Shown here: positions 38,197 to 47,972 of the stretch, in pieces | How positions within the stretch are numbered: position 1 is the first letter of the stretch | Layout of the letters: each line of letters opens with the position of its first letter | NCBI GenBank assembly: GCA_947313855.1 | Contig: CAMZNS010000032.1 | Location: 1,306 to 65,305, forward strand | Length of the DNA: 64,000 nucleotides | Source of the DNA: an uncultured Deferribacteraceae bacterium | GTDB lineage: Bacteria; Chrysiogenota; Deferribacteres; CAMZNJ01 | Direction of reading: 5' to 3' | Made by a program: the position numbers and the translations under genes | Notes under the pieces: generated by a model | Seen by the model: the letters and a program-made list of their open reading frames with translations, nothing else | What the model was told of the DNA's origin: nothing | The model's database searches: none

Positions 38197-40129
38197 CTGC
38201 TTCGAGTATGCTTACAATGTTCACGCTATTGTACAACCCTGCCACACGCCTTGCTGTAAACCCTGCGTCGTTGGTATGAGTAACGTCGGCACCGTAAACG
38301 AGTAGTTGTTGTACTAGCTGTTGGTTGTTGTTTGTTACCCCCCATATTAGTGGTGAGTCGCCGGCAATGTTGTAGATATTCGGGTTCGCACCATTTTTCA
38401 GCAGTAGGTTGACGATGGTGAGTGAGTCGCGACTTGCGGCTAGTATGAGTGGTGTGTTCCCTTCAACATTTTGTGTGTTCAGGTTGGCACCAGCATCAAC
38501 TAGCATGGACACAATACCGTATTGATCTTGTGCGATTGCGAGGAAGATGGCGGTGTTGCCTGTTTCGTTGTCCACAATATCGGGGGAGGCACCCAACCTT
38601 AGGGCACGCTGTACTTTGGCGATGTTGCCCGTATTGGCACCATCAAACATCATGGCATTGTATTCGGTTAGTTGGCTGTAGTATTCGGAGAGGATATTTT
38701 GTATTACGGGATAGCCGTTCTGTTCAGCAATGTCGTATGCTGTGGAGCGTTCGTTGTTTTGAGTAAGTGGGTTCGGTTTGTTTTCGATAACGAGGCGAAC
38801 CATATCGAGGAACCCATTGGAAGACGCAACCATGAGTGGTGTGTTCCCGTCGGAGTTGACGATGTCGACCATGGCACCGTCGTTGAGTGCTTCACGTGCG
38901 GTGGCAATGCTGTTATTCATTACGGCAAGCATGAGGGGGGTGTTGCCTTGATTGTCTTTTGTTTCGAGGTTGGCACCGTAGTTGACTAACGTACGCATGG
39001 TGAATACGTTGTCGTTGTAGGATGCGAGGGAGAGGGCTGTTCGACCATTGTTGTCCCGTGTTTCGATATCAGTGGAGTAGGAGGCTAGTATGTTTGCTGT
39101 GGCGGAGTTGCCCACACTGGCAGCAATCATGAGGGGGGTACGCCCCTGAGCGTCCACCGTATCTATCTGTGCACCGCTAGCAATGAGCAGGTTAACAATG
39201 TCGGAGTCGCCACGGTATGATGCGTACGCCAAAACGGACATCTCTTGGTTATCCTTGCTGTTGGGGCTAGCACGAAGGCGTAGTAGCATCTCCACAACGT
39301 CTTCATGGGAGTACACAACAGCATACATGAGGGCGGTTTGCCCCCGAGCGTTGGTTCGGAAGATGTCCGCACCCTGTTCGATGAGGAATGTTGCTGTTTC
39401 GTATTGGTTGTTGGCGAGGGCGTACATGAGAGCTGTGTTGCCTAAGGCATCCACGGTGTTGATGCTCAGGGTGGACACCTCGATACTGCGAGCAAGGGCA
39501 TCAAGCTGACCGCGAGACGCCGCATAAAGTAGGGGGCTCTTAGGGGACAAACCAACATCTATGTTGACCAAACTCTTCTCTTGAACCACAGTGTAACGCT
39601 TAGTCAACGTTGCAATACTGTTGGAGTCGTCTAGGTTGCTCTTCATACCCATACGCTCACGCATACTGTAAGCGTTAGCTGAGTCCTCAATGTAGAGGAT
39701 CGTCTGAACGGTGTCGGAACGCTCACCAATGGTTTCACTCGAAGTGAGCACGTTGTCCACAACAACAAGCTTACGAAGCAGGGTTGACTGTGGTATCTGG
39801 TAAATATTGCCGTAATCGAAGTCCACCGCAATCCCGATACGATTAACATCTGTCCCCAAGGCATTGTTGTTGATGAACCACTCACCACGACGACGAACAA
39901 GATCTATGGACACGTCGCGATAACCACGCTTCTCCAAAACAACATGATAGCTGTCGCCAGAGATGCGAACCCATGAAGGGAGTGCCGCAACTTTATTGTT
40001 GATAAAATATTCAGCATTCTTTTTGGATGGTGGCTTGGTAAGGCTTCGAACATCAGACGAAAAATATGAACAAGACGCTATTATGGGCAAAATTAACATC
40101 ACCAAACCCAACTTCAAAAACCTCAACAT
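38180..40129 (-). CDS. Ankyrin-repeat lipoprotein (about 14 ANK repeats)
   Basis: Lipobox IIASC; repeated G.T[AP]L..A...G....V..L...GA units in the C-terminal 450 aa. Confidence 0.88.
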   Translation of the reverse strand: MLRFLKLGLVMLILPIIASCSYFSSDVRSLTKPPSKKNAEYFINNKVAALPSWVRISGDSYHVVLEKRGYRDVSIDLVRRRGEWFINNNALGTDVNRIGIAVDFDYGNIYQIPQSTLLRKLVVVDNVLTSSETIGERSDTVQTILYIEDSANAYSMRERMGMKSNLDDSNSIATLTKRYTVVQEKSLVNIDVGLSPKSPLLYAASRGQLDALARSIEVSTLSINTVDALGNTALMYALANNQYETATFLIEQGADIFRTNARGQTALMYAVVYSHEDVVEMLLRLRASPNSKDNQEMSVLAYASYRGDSDIVNLLIASGAQIDTVDAQGRTPLMIAASVGNSATANILASYSTDIETRDNNGRTALSLASYNDNVFTMRTLVNYGANLETKDNQGNTPLMLAVMNNSIATAREALNDGAMVDIVNSDGNTPLMVASSNGFLDMVRLVIENKPNPLTQNNERSTAYDIAEQNGYPVIQNILSEYYSQLTEYNAMMFDGANTGNIAKVQRALRLGASPDIVDNETGNTAIFLAIAQDQYGIVSMLVDAGANLNTQNVEGNTPLILAASRDSLTIVNLLLKNGANPNIYNIAGDSPLIWGVTNNNQQLVQQLLVYGADVTHTNDAGFTARRVAGLYNSVNIVSILEAAGAFN

Positions 40130-40309
40130 AACAAGAACCCTCCGCACACGGACACACAACCATGACTAGTAACTCTCCTCTTTCAAGCAATTTCAATACC
40201 AACTCAAACGACAAGAGCAAAAAATACACAAACAAAAAAGGGCAAGCACAGCACAATAATGCTGAACCTACCCTCTTACGTAAACTATTCGAGTTGAAAA
40301 GCTTAAAGC

Positions 40310-41131
40310 CTACTTTTTACTGTTGTGGTGTGCCTCTTCGATAATATTGAGAAGATCACGGGAACCAGACACAACGTTAAACCCAGAGTCAGCATACATA
40401 ACCTCACCAGTGATAGCACTAGCAAGATAACTCGACAAGAATGCCGCTACATTACCAACCTCTTCCTGAGTTACAAGCTTGCGACTTGGTGCAATAACCT
40501 CGAAGGAGCGTAGGAGGGAGTTGAAGTTGCCAACACCGCTAGCAGCAAGGGTTTTGATCGGGCCAGCGGAAATAGCATTAACGCGAATACCCTTGGTGGA
40601 GCCGAGATCGTCGGCAAGGTAGATTACCGATGCTTCGAGGGCTGCTTTCGCAACACCCATAACGTTGTAGGATGGAACAACTTTTTGTGAGCCGTAGTAG
40701 GTTAGTGTTAGGAAGCTGCTCCCCGGCTTCATCATGGGGGAGAAGTGTTGTGCGACGCTAACAAAGGAGTAGCAGCTAATGTCTAGTGCAACTTTGAACG
40801 CATCTCGTGTTGTTTGTGAAAATGGTGCTTTCAGAGCTTCACGTGGGGCATAGGCTACGGAGTGTATTACGATATCCACCTCGCCAAAAACCTCTTTGGT
40901 GAGGGCGGCGGCCTTTTCCACATCGGCGTCTATGCTTAGGTCTGCCTCCGCACATATTTTTGCGTTATATTTTTCTGCAATGGGTTGAACCCTTTTCTCG
41001 AGTTGTGGTATCCCGTAAAACAAGCCTAACTCAGCACCTTCACGATGAAGTGCTTCGGCAATACCTGCCGCTATCGACTTGTCATTTGCAATACCAAAAA
41101 TTACGGCTTTTTTGCCCTTTAATATTCCCAT
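40310..41131 (-). CDS. fabI: Enoyl-ACP reductase
   Basis: GIANDKSIAAGIA, HSVAYAP, YNVMGVAKAALEAS, RVNAISAGPIKTLAASG. Confidence 0.97.
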   Translation of the reverse strand: MGILKGKKAVIFGIANDKSIAAGIAEALHREGAELGLFYGIPQLEKRVQPIAEKYNAKICAEADLSIDADVEKAAALTKEVFGEVDIVIHSVAYAPREALKAPFSQTTRDAFKVALDISCYSFVSVAQHFSPMMKPGSSFLTLTYYGSQKVVPSYNVMGVAKAALEASVIYLADDLGSTKGIRVNAISAGPIKTLAASGVGNFNSLLRSFEVIAPSRKLVTQEEVGNVAAFLSSYLASAITGEVMYADSGFNVVSGSRDLLNIIEEAHHNSKK

Positions 41132-41288
41132 AACTAAAACCTCTAAAACATATTACTTTGAATACCCTAATAACTAACACAAAAGCATATACTTTTGCAA
41201 CATACAATTAACGTAAAAAGAACAAATATTAAAAAAACGTCGAACTTAGCATGCAGAAACGTACTCAAAACCATGGCAACTGCCCTAT

Positions 41289-42689
41289 TTATAGGCTGTC
41301 GATTAGTTGAACCAAGTTCCTTACATATTTAATGCTAACATGTTTAACCGACTTTGTGAACTCTAACCTTTCCGATCCCACAATACTCGTTACCCCAAAC
41401 TTCTCAGCTTCGCTGAGTCGACTGTTGACGTTGGTGACCGACGATATTTCGCCACTCAAACCAACCTCCCCCAAAAAGGAGTATTGAGAGCTGATGGGCT
41501 TGTCTTTAACCGAAGAGAGGATCGCCGCACATATGGCCAGATCGCCACCAGGATCGTTGACGCGAAGCCCCCCAGCAATATTTAAATAAACGTCGTAGGT
41601 GCTCAGATTGATGTTGCAGTATTTGTCGAGCACGGCCATGAGCATATCCAACCGACGTGCATCAAAGCCTACTGTTGTGCGTTTGGGGTATTGGTAGTAG
41701 GTGGTGGACACCAACGCCTGAACCTCAACCAAAAATGAGCGTGTCCCCTCCATAATGGGCGTGATGACCTTACCCGGCATGGGGGTATCGAGGTTTGATA
41801 CAAACATGGACGCATCAGCACTTTTGAGACCTTGGGAGCTCATCTCGAAAACACCCACCTCATCCGTACTGCCAAACCTGTTTTTCACCGCCCGAAGGAT
41901 ACGAAGCCCACGGTTGTGATCCCCTTCAAAGTAGAGCACCGTGTCCACCAGATGCTCCAAAACCTTGGGGCCAGCAACAGCACCATCTTTCGTAACCTGT
42001 CCGATGAGGAACAGGGTAATATTTTTGCGTTTTGCAATCTCCATCATCTGATAGGCTATGTGTTTCACTTGTGTAACGGTGCCTGCCGCTGAGCTCAGGT
42101 TGGAAGACGACACCGATTGCACGGAATCAACTATGGCATACCGGTATGTGCCACTCTCCAAATGGGAGATGGCCTGCTCGATGTCCATGGTGGCGAGGAC
42201 GCTAATGTTCTTGCTTGTGGCGTTGAGTCGCTCAGCACGATTTTTAATCTGCGATGGAGATTCCTCCCCGGAGATGTAGAGAACACCGTGACCTGCTTCT
42301 GCTAAAATCGACGCCACCATGAGAATAATGGTGGATTTGCCGATACCGGGTTCGCCACCGATGAGGGTAACGGAGCCTTGAACGATACCACCACCCAGCA
42401 CAGTGTCAAACTCGCGTATGCCTGTCATGAAGCGACTGAATTCGCCACGGGTTTCTATCTCGTCAAACTTCTTGGGCACAAGGGTGCTGATGGCGTAGCC
42501 ACTACCCATCCCTAGCCCCCCTATCCCCCCCATGGAGTTGCCTGCCATGGTGGAAGATTTTTTGGCGGCGACCACCACAGGTTCTTGCGGGATGGTGTTC
42601 CACTCGCCACAGTCGGGGCATTTGCCTGCCCATTTTGGAAACTCACCACCACAGCTGGAGCATATGTATCTTTGTTTCGGTTTTGCCAT
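41289..42689 (-). CDS. radA: DNA repair protein RadA/Sms
   Basis: CSSCG..KWAGKCPDCGEWN, GGEPGIGKST, KNRFG, GEVGLSGE. Confidence 0.97.
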   Translation of the reverse strand: MAKPKQRYICSSCGGEFPKWAGKCPDCGEWNTIPQEPVVVAAKKSSTMAGNSMGGIGGLGMGSGYAISTLVPKKFDEIETRGEFSRFMTGIREFDTVLGGGIVQGSVTLIGGEPGIGKSTIILMVASILAEAGHGVLYISGEESPSQIKNRAERLNATSKNISVLATMDIEQAISHLESGTYRYAIVDSVQSVSSSNLSSAAGTVTQVKHIAYQMMEIAKRKNITLFLIGQVTKDGAVAGPKVLEHLVDTVLYFEGDHNRGLRILRAVKNRFGSTDEVGVFEMSSQGLKSADASMFVSNLDTPMPGKVITPIMEGTRSFLVEVQALVSTTYYQYPKRTTVGFDARRLDMLMAVLDKYCNINLSTYDVYLNIAGGLRVNDPGGDLAICAAILSSVKDKPISSQYSFLGEVGLSGEISSVTNVNSRLSEAEKFGVTSIVGSERLEFTKSVKHVSIKYVRNLVQLIDSL

Positions 42690-42758
42690 TATAATTCTAC
42701 CTAGTTAATAATTTGAGTTCGACCATATGAAAACACGCCTGAATAACTCTAAAGACAC

Positions 42759-43574
42759 TTACAAACCGCTGAGCAACTCCACAACATCCCCTAACCCCTT
42801 GCGGTTCCGCTTCTCCACCAAAAACTGCACAAAACCTAAGGGATCGTAGTTGTATATTTTGTCTTCACGAATACCCGCACCAAGGGCAAGGGCAAGGGCT
42901 TCATCCACAATACCAACCTGAGACGAGTGGTGTGCATCAGAGGACAAAACAACATGCATGTCTAACTGTGCAGCAATGGTTGCAATGAGCCCACAGTTCG
43001 GCTTGCTCCCCAACCTCGATCGCACCAAGGAGCTGTTGTTTATCTCCACCAACACATTATTCGCCTTCGCCACCTCCATAACCCGAAAGTAGTCGCAGCT
43101 GTAGTGGGGATTGCCAAGGTGACCAAGAATATCCACCCTGCCACTTTGGACAACGTCCATGAGTGTTTGGGTAATGTTGGCGGGATCGGATTGTGGGTAA
43201 ACAGCATCATGGAGGGACGCAACAACAACGTCCAGACGTTCATTCACAGCGTCGGGGATGTCGATGGGCACCCCCCCCTTTTTCACAGGCATAATATTCG
43301 CCTCAACACCGCGAAGGATGATGACACCCTCCTGAACCCTCGGACAAGTGGATTGATTGCTAATGCCGTAAATATGAGCACCACCAGGCATTTCAGGGGC
43401 ATGCTCTGTGGAAACAATAACCTGAACACCCAAACTACTTGCTGCCCGTGCATTCTCCCACAAAGTGGAGTAGGCATGGGTACTGAGAACCGTATGGGTG
43501 TGCGTATCCAGAAGATTGCGACGCCCCTGAGATGTGCTTCCTAAGCTTCCTATGTTTTCCATAATAACTGCCAC
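42759..43574 (-). CDS. ycdX: PHP-family phosphatase (YcdX-like)
   Basis: DTHTHT..STHAYST..EN, TEHAP.MPG, LRGVEANI, HLGNP, EINNSS, SDAH. Confidence 0.85.
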   Translation of the reverse strand: MAVIMENIGSLGSTSQGRRNLLDTHTHTVLSTHAYSTLWENARAASSLGVQVIVSTEHAPEMPGGAHIYGISNQSTCPRVQEGVIILRGVEANIMPVKKGGVPIDIPDAVNERLDVVVASLHDAVYPQSDPANITQTLMDVVQSGRVDILGHLGNPHYSCDYFRVMEVAKANNVLVEINNSSLVRSRLGSKPNCGLIATIAAQLDMHVVLSSDAHHSSQVGIVDEALALALGAGIREDKIYNYDPLGFVQFLVEKRNRKGLGDVVELLSGL

Positions 43575-43597
43575 CTCGTATTTGATTTTTTCATTTG

Positions 43598-43727
43598 CAA
43601 CTTACGAACACAACTTACGAACACAACTTACGAACACAACTTACGAACACAACTTACGAACGCGACTTACGAACACAACTTACGAACGCAACTTACGAAC
43701 GCAACTTACGAACGCAACTTACGAACG
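43598..43727. repeat. 13-bp tandem repeat C(A/G)ACTTACGAAC(A/G) x10 containing the ruvB stop codon
   Basis: Ten units counted; the last includes ruvB TAA at 43719-43721. Confidence 0.95.
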
Positions 43728-45005
43728 CGACGAAGACGGTGTCCAAGGTACGCCAAGATGTGCATATGCCTGCTCAGTGGCAACCCGTCCACGTGGCGTT
43801 TTATGCACAAAACCTAAATAAATAAGGTAAGGCTCAATAACATACTCCACCGTGACCCTGTCCTCCGAAAGCATGGACGCCATCGTCTCAAGACCCACCG
43901 GTGCCCCTTTATACACCTCTATCATTGCACGCAAATAACCCACATCTGCCGTCGTAAGACCGATGGGATCAACGCCGATACGATTCATACCCTCTTGTGC
44001 GATGGACTTCGTAATCTTGCCACCATTGTAAACGTCGGCAAAATCGCGAATACGATTAAGGGTGCGAAGGGCTATGCGAGGCGTGCCACGTGAACGACTA
44101 CCTATTTCGATAGCAGCATCAGCATCTAAAGTGGCGATACTAGAACTACTCTGAGCAGCATTCAACACGATAGTAGCAAGCTCCTCATGTGTGTAGTACT
44201 CAAGACGCATAATAATGCCAAACCGATCCCGAAGGGGGGAAGTGAGCATACCAGCACGCGTTGTCGCACCAATAAGGGTGAACGGCGGGAGATCCATGGT
44301 AACAGTGCGAGCAGCAGGACCCTGACCGATGATGATGTCCAAACGGTAGTCCTCCATGGCAGGGTAAAGGAGCTCCTCAACCGATGGATGAAGGCGATGG
44401 ATCTCGTCGATAAATAAAACGTCGCCAGCGTTGAGGTTGGTCAAGATGGCCGCCAAGTCGCCCTGCTTTTCGATGGTAGGACCTGTGGTAGTGCGGATTG
44501 TGGTGCCCATTTCGTTGGCGATAATGTTCGCAAGGGTGGTTTTCCCTAACCCTGGGGGACCATAAAACAGTGTGTGATCCAACGGCTTCTCACGCCGACG
44601 CGCTGCTTCGATGTAAACCTTGAGGTTGCCAACAACATGGGACTGACCGATGTACGTGCTGAAACTTTGGGGTCGTGTGCTGATGTGTGCATTTATCGTG
44701 GGATCTGCCCACGTATCATCGGCACCGTCAGCGTCGTAACCAGAGCCGCCAGCATCGTAACCAAAGCCGTCAGCATCGTAACCCGAGCCGTCAGCATCGT
44801 AGCCAGAACCGCCAGCATCGTAACCCGAGCCGCCAGCATCGTAACCAGAACCGCCAGCATCGTAACCCGAGCCGTCAGCATCGTAGCCAGAACCGCCAGC
44901 ATCGTAACCCGAGCCGCCAGCATCGTAACCAGAACCGCCAGCATCGTAACCCGAGCCGTCGCCTTTCGTATCCCTATTCTTTTCCATGGAAGAAGTATAC
45001 CCCAT
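43719..45005 (-). CDS. ruvB: Holliday junction branch migration helicase RuvB with an N-terminal heptad-repeat extension
   Basis: [69 protein letters not shown]. Confidence 0.97.
   Translation of the reverse strand: MGYTSSMEKNRDTKGDGSGYDAGGSGYDAGGSGYDAGGSGYDADGSGYDAGGSGYDAGGSGYDAGGSGYDADGSGYDADGFGYDAGGSGYDADGADDTWADPTINAHISTRPQSFSTYIGQSHVVGNLKVYIEAARRREKPLDHTLFYGPPGLGKTTLANIIANEMGTTIRTTTGPTIEKQGDLAAILTNLNAGDVLFIDEIHRLHPSVEELLYPAMEDYRLDIIIGQGPAARTVTMDLPPFTLIGATTRAGMLTSPLRDRFGIIMRLEYYTHEELATIVLNAAQSSSSIATLDADAAIEIGSRSRGTPRIALRTLNRIRDFADVYNGGKITKSIAQEGMNRIGVDPIGLTTADVGYLRAMIEVYKGAPVGLETMASMLSEDRVTVEYVIEPYLIYLGFVHKTPRGRVATEQAYAHLGVPWTPSSSRS
44727..44957. repeat. 21-bp coding tandem repeat x11 (G[S/F]GYDA[G/D]) with an 84-bp higher-order duplication
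   Basis: Read directly in the DNA and in the translation. Confidence 0.95.
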
Positions 45006-45036
45006 TCCCCCCTATCTTGCAAACCATAAACGAAAA

Positions 45037-45074
45037 ATGGGTTTGAACCCGAAAAATGACGAATTCAAACCCAT
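45037..45074. promoter_or_regulatory. 11-bp perfect inverted repeat upstream of ruvB (hairpin or operator)
   Basis: ATGGGTTTGAA-N16-TTCAAACCCAT. Confidence 0.4.
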
Positions 45075-45087
45075 AATTAAGTGGTAT

Positions 45088-45369
45088 GTTGCTTGCTTGC
45101 GTTACGTTGCTTGCTTGCGTTACGTTGCTTGCTTGCGTTGCTTGCTTGCTTGCTTGCGTTACGTTGCTTGCTTGCGTTGCTTGCTTGCTTGCGTTACGTT
45201 GCTTGCTTGCGTTGCTTGCTTGCTTGCTTGCGTTACGTTGCTTGCTTGCGTTGCTTGCTTGCTTGCTTGCTTGCGTTACGTTGCTTGCTTGCGTTACATT
45301 CCCACCCGCGTTACTTGCTTGCTTGCGTTACGTTGCTTGCTTGCGTTACATTCCCGCCCGCGTTGCCCG
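45088..45369. repeat. Irregular composite microsatellite of GCTT, GCGTT and ACGTT units (about 280 bp)
   Basis: Read directly. Confidence 0.95.
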
Positions 45370-47220
45370 CTATGGCTGCGTCACAACACCAGATTCGCTC
45401 GCATCTACTGTGTACAAATCAAGGTAGTCATACAACCAAAATCTCACAGCTGATGCAGTCTGTATTACCGTCTTTTTGCCATTAATATCGTATGAGTAGG
45501 ATGTTACCGACTCACTATCGAGCCTACCAAGGGGGTTACCCACACTATTCGTTGGTCGACCGAAGAACGACAATGAACCGGGATCATCTGTTCCTAATTT
45601 TGCTAGGGCGTCATTAGAGCTTTGCTGAGAGGCATCGTAGTAATCGGTTACAACAAGGTTGAAAAATGTTCCCTTCTCTTTTGGGGATGTAGTCCCAACC
45701 TGTGGTGCTTTCGTGTAGTTAAACACACCCTTAAACGCATCGTTTGCATCAACAGTAATGGAGCGATTGTCCACCTCAGACTGAGCAATTAATATTCTAC
45801 TTGGCGAGGGGCTTAACAGTATCGGTGCATCGTATCCGCAAATATCCACCTTAAGATTAGTTGACTTTGCTATTTGTGGGTCGTAACCAGATTGACCATA
45901 GTGTGGCGAAAGGGGGTTGCTAGTCACGGTGGTTATAACCAAGCTGGAATCGGCATAACACGTGATACCCGCAGCTGTGGACGGCTGAATACCAGAAGTG
46001 GTGCTCGATAACCCTTGATACGGATCAGAGAACGAGTAATTCCCCGTCGATGGCGAAAGGGTGGGTGATGGTGCACCGTATTCATCTGCCGACAACTCGA
46101 AAGAGCTGAAGCTTTGGGATGTGGGATTGTGGACTTTTAACTCCACAAAGTGCACCCTCATTACGTCACCATTGATACCACTTGCAACTGTCGACTTAAA
46201 CTTATCCCGAACAGTAGCTGTAATATCTGTGTTGCTACTATCTTGCACAGTGTAGGAGCATGATGATTCCGCTAGGGGCGACTCGTGCGTAATGTAAGAG
46301 CATGGGTCGAAGCCAATGGAGATGAGTGCCACACCGTTCTCCACAGCATAAACACCAAGGTTGGAAGCAAGGGTCAGACCGCCGTCAGTAAGGTCATTGG
46401 TGGTGGCATTTCGCTGCACATCGGGGATAGCCTTCACACGAAGGTTGCAACCTACGGAATCAGTGTTGCCTGTAACCCCTGGGTATGGGGAGCACAGGGA
46501 GTAGAGTCCGGAGTATTGTTCCGTGTCGAACAGTATTTTTGAGAAGAATTCTTCGTAAGCGGTACTTGTTTTGCTGGTCGATGCCGAAAATTGTGGCAGA
46601 AGGGTATTGCTTGACGGCATGTCAAGGGTGCCTGAGTCGTACTTCATGTGAACATCGTAGGAGTTCGGCACCGGATCGCCTGAGTGTGGATCAACATCTT
46701 GTTCAAAGTCGAGCCCTGAGAACTTAACGTCGAACGGTTTGATTGTTGCGTGCGTGCTAGTTAGTGAGTGGGGATCAAATACCTGTTGCCCCCCCTCGTT
46801 CCATGATGCTCGCAACGGGTGTAGTACTAGTGTGTTTAGTTTTCCGGAAACAATCTCAGCGTCAACATTAAACTGTTCATGTAGCTTACCGATGCACAAT
46901 GTAGTGTCGTTCGGGTTAACTCCCCCGCTGTAGGAGGACAGTGTAAATTTGTTCATGCCTTCCGGAACATTTATGGTGCCACTTGCCTTAGCTCCTGAGA
47001 ACCCAGCCGCAAGTTTGGCATTTGGGTCGCGATTGGAGCTGATGGCGATACATCTTGTTTCGGTGGTGATAATTTGAGCAAGGTTACCAGAGTTTGCAAC
47101 TGCCTCTGTTTGTTGAAATTCGAAGAAAACATCAGCTCTCTTCTGCTCAGCTGTTCCACCACAAGCAACAATTACGGTTGTTGTTAGCACCGCAATAGCT
47201 AGTAATGCAATACGTCGCAT
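45370..47220 (-). CDS. Hypothetical surface lipoprotein (about 616 aa, Ser/Thr/Asp-rich, several Cys)
   Basis: GGAGGT RBS; MRRIALLAIAVLTTTVIVAC lipobox; long ORF with no recognised family. Confidence 0.7.
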   Translation of the reverse strand: MRRIALLAIAVLTTTVIVACGGTAEQKRADVFFEFQQTEAVANSGNLAQIITTETRCIAISSNRDPNAKLAAGFSGAKASGTINVPEGMNKFTLSSYSGGVNPNDTTLCIGKLHEQFNVDAEIVSGKLNTLVLHPLRASWNEGGQQVFDPHSLTSTHATIKPFDVKFSGLDFEQDVDPHSGDPVPNSYDVHMKYDSGTLDMPSSNTLLPQFSASTSKTSTAYEEFFSKILFDTEQYSGLYSLCSPYPGVTGNTDSVGCNLRVKAIPDVQRNATTNDLTDGGLTLASNLGVYAVENGVALISIGFDPCSYITHESPLAESSCSYTVQDSSNTDITATVRDKFKSTVASGINGDVMRVHFVELKVHNPTSQSFSSFELSADEYGAPSPTLSPSTGNYSFSDPYQGLSSTTSGIQPSTAAGITCYADSSLVITTVTSNPLSPHYGQSGYDPQIAKSTNLKVDICGYDAPILLSPSPSRILIAQSEVDNRSITVDANDAFKGVFNYTKAPQVGTTSPKEKGTFFNLVVTDYYDASQQSSNDALAKLGTDDPGSLSFFGRPTNSVGNPLGRLDSESVTSYSYDINGKKTVIQTASAVRFWLYDYLDLYTVDASESGVVTQP

Positions 47221-47371
47221 AAGTCTTACCTCCAAGGGCAAACATAAACATAGATATAGGTCGTTTCCCCACTGTGTATTCTGTAAAATCAATAACTATC
47301 TTACCATATAAGAGTACATTAGTGTATTAAAGTTTACTATTTCTATGGTGTGGGGAGCTAAGTACTCTAAT

Positions 47372-47764
47372 CTACACTTCCACAGAAAGTGCTTCTGACT
47401 GCCATAAACCGTGTAGGTTGCAGTAGCTTGATGCCATGAGGGTGCCTTTTTTGTCTAGGCGAACCTTGAATATGGCGGAAGAATCTGTGTGTGCTGGTCC
47501 ATTGTTGGCACCTTTCAAAGACTCACCATGTGCCGTAAACTCCACTTTGCCAAGCTCGGTAATCATTTTTGTACCTGCTGGTAGGTAGTAAAGTGCTATC
47601 CATGAGATAAAGTGTTCGGTGGTATTTGGGTGTGCAATATCTTTGCCAACGCTTACCTCTACTGTAAAATATTCACCTGACTTGGGATCTGTCAAGAGGG
47701 TGATAACGGGGGCGTGTTTCTCTAGTTTGAAGTCTGCACTCTGAATATGGTTTGTTAATGACAT
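47372..47764 (-). CDS. Superoxide reductase (neelaredoxin / class II SORL domain)
   Basis: EKHAPVI, HPNTTEHFISWI, SYCNLHGLW iron ligands. Confidence 0.92.
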   Translation of the reverse strand: MSLTNHIQSADFKLEKHAPVITLLTDPKSGEYFTVEVSVGKDIAHPNTTEHFISWIALYYLPAGTKMITELGKVEFTAHGESLKGANNGPAHTDSSAIFKVRLDKKGTLMASSYCNLHGLWQSEALSVEV

Positions 47765-47972
47765 GGCGTTCTCCTTGGGTATTTTTATCGTAGGCAAGAA
47801 ATGTTATGCTCATGTTACTACCCTCCCCCCCAAATAGCAAGGTTTTTCGAAAAAATATAAATAGGTTACCAAGTACGACAATTTTATTTGTGGGGTCTTG
47901 TCCCTAATTGTGCTAAAGTGGTGGTTGCTTCCACTGTGCTTGAAGTACAGAACGTCACCATTAGGAGTTCGT

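Noticed and set aside
43598-43727. CRISPR array
   Set aside because: The 13-bp units abut with no spacers, derive from the ruvB end, and no cas genes are in the window.
44574-45485. Plus-strand ORFs such as 44986-45453, 45081-45485, 45086-45427 and 44574-45029
   Set aside because: They are translations of stop-free repeats or antisense to ruvB, with no RBS or protein-like composition.
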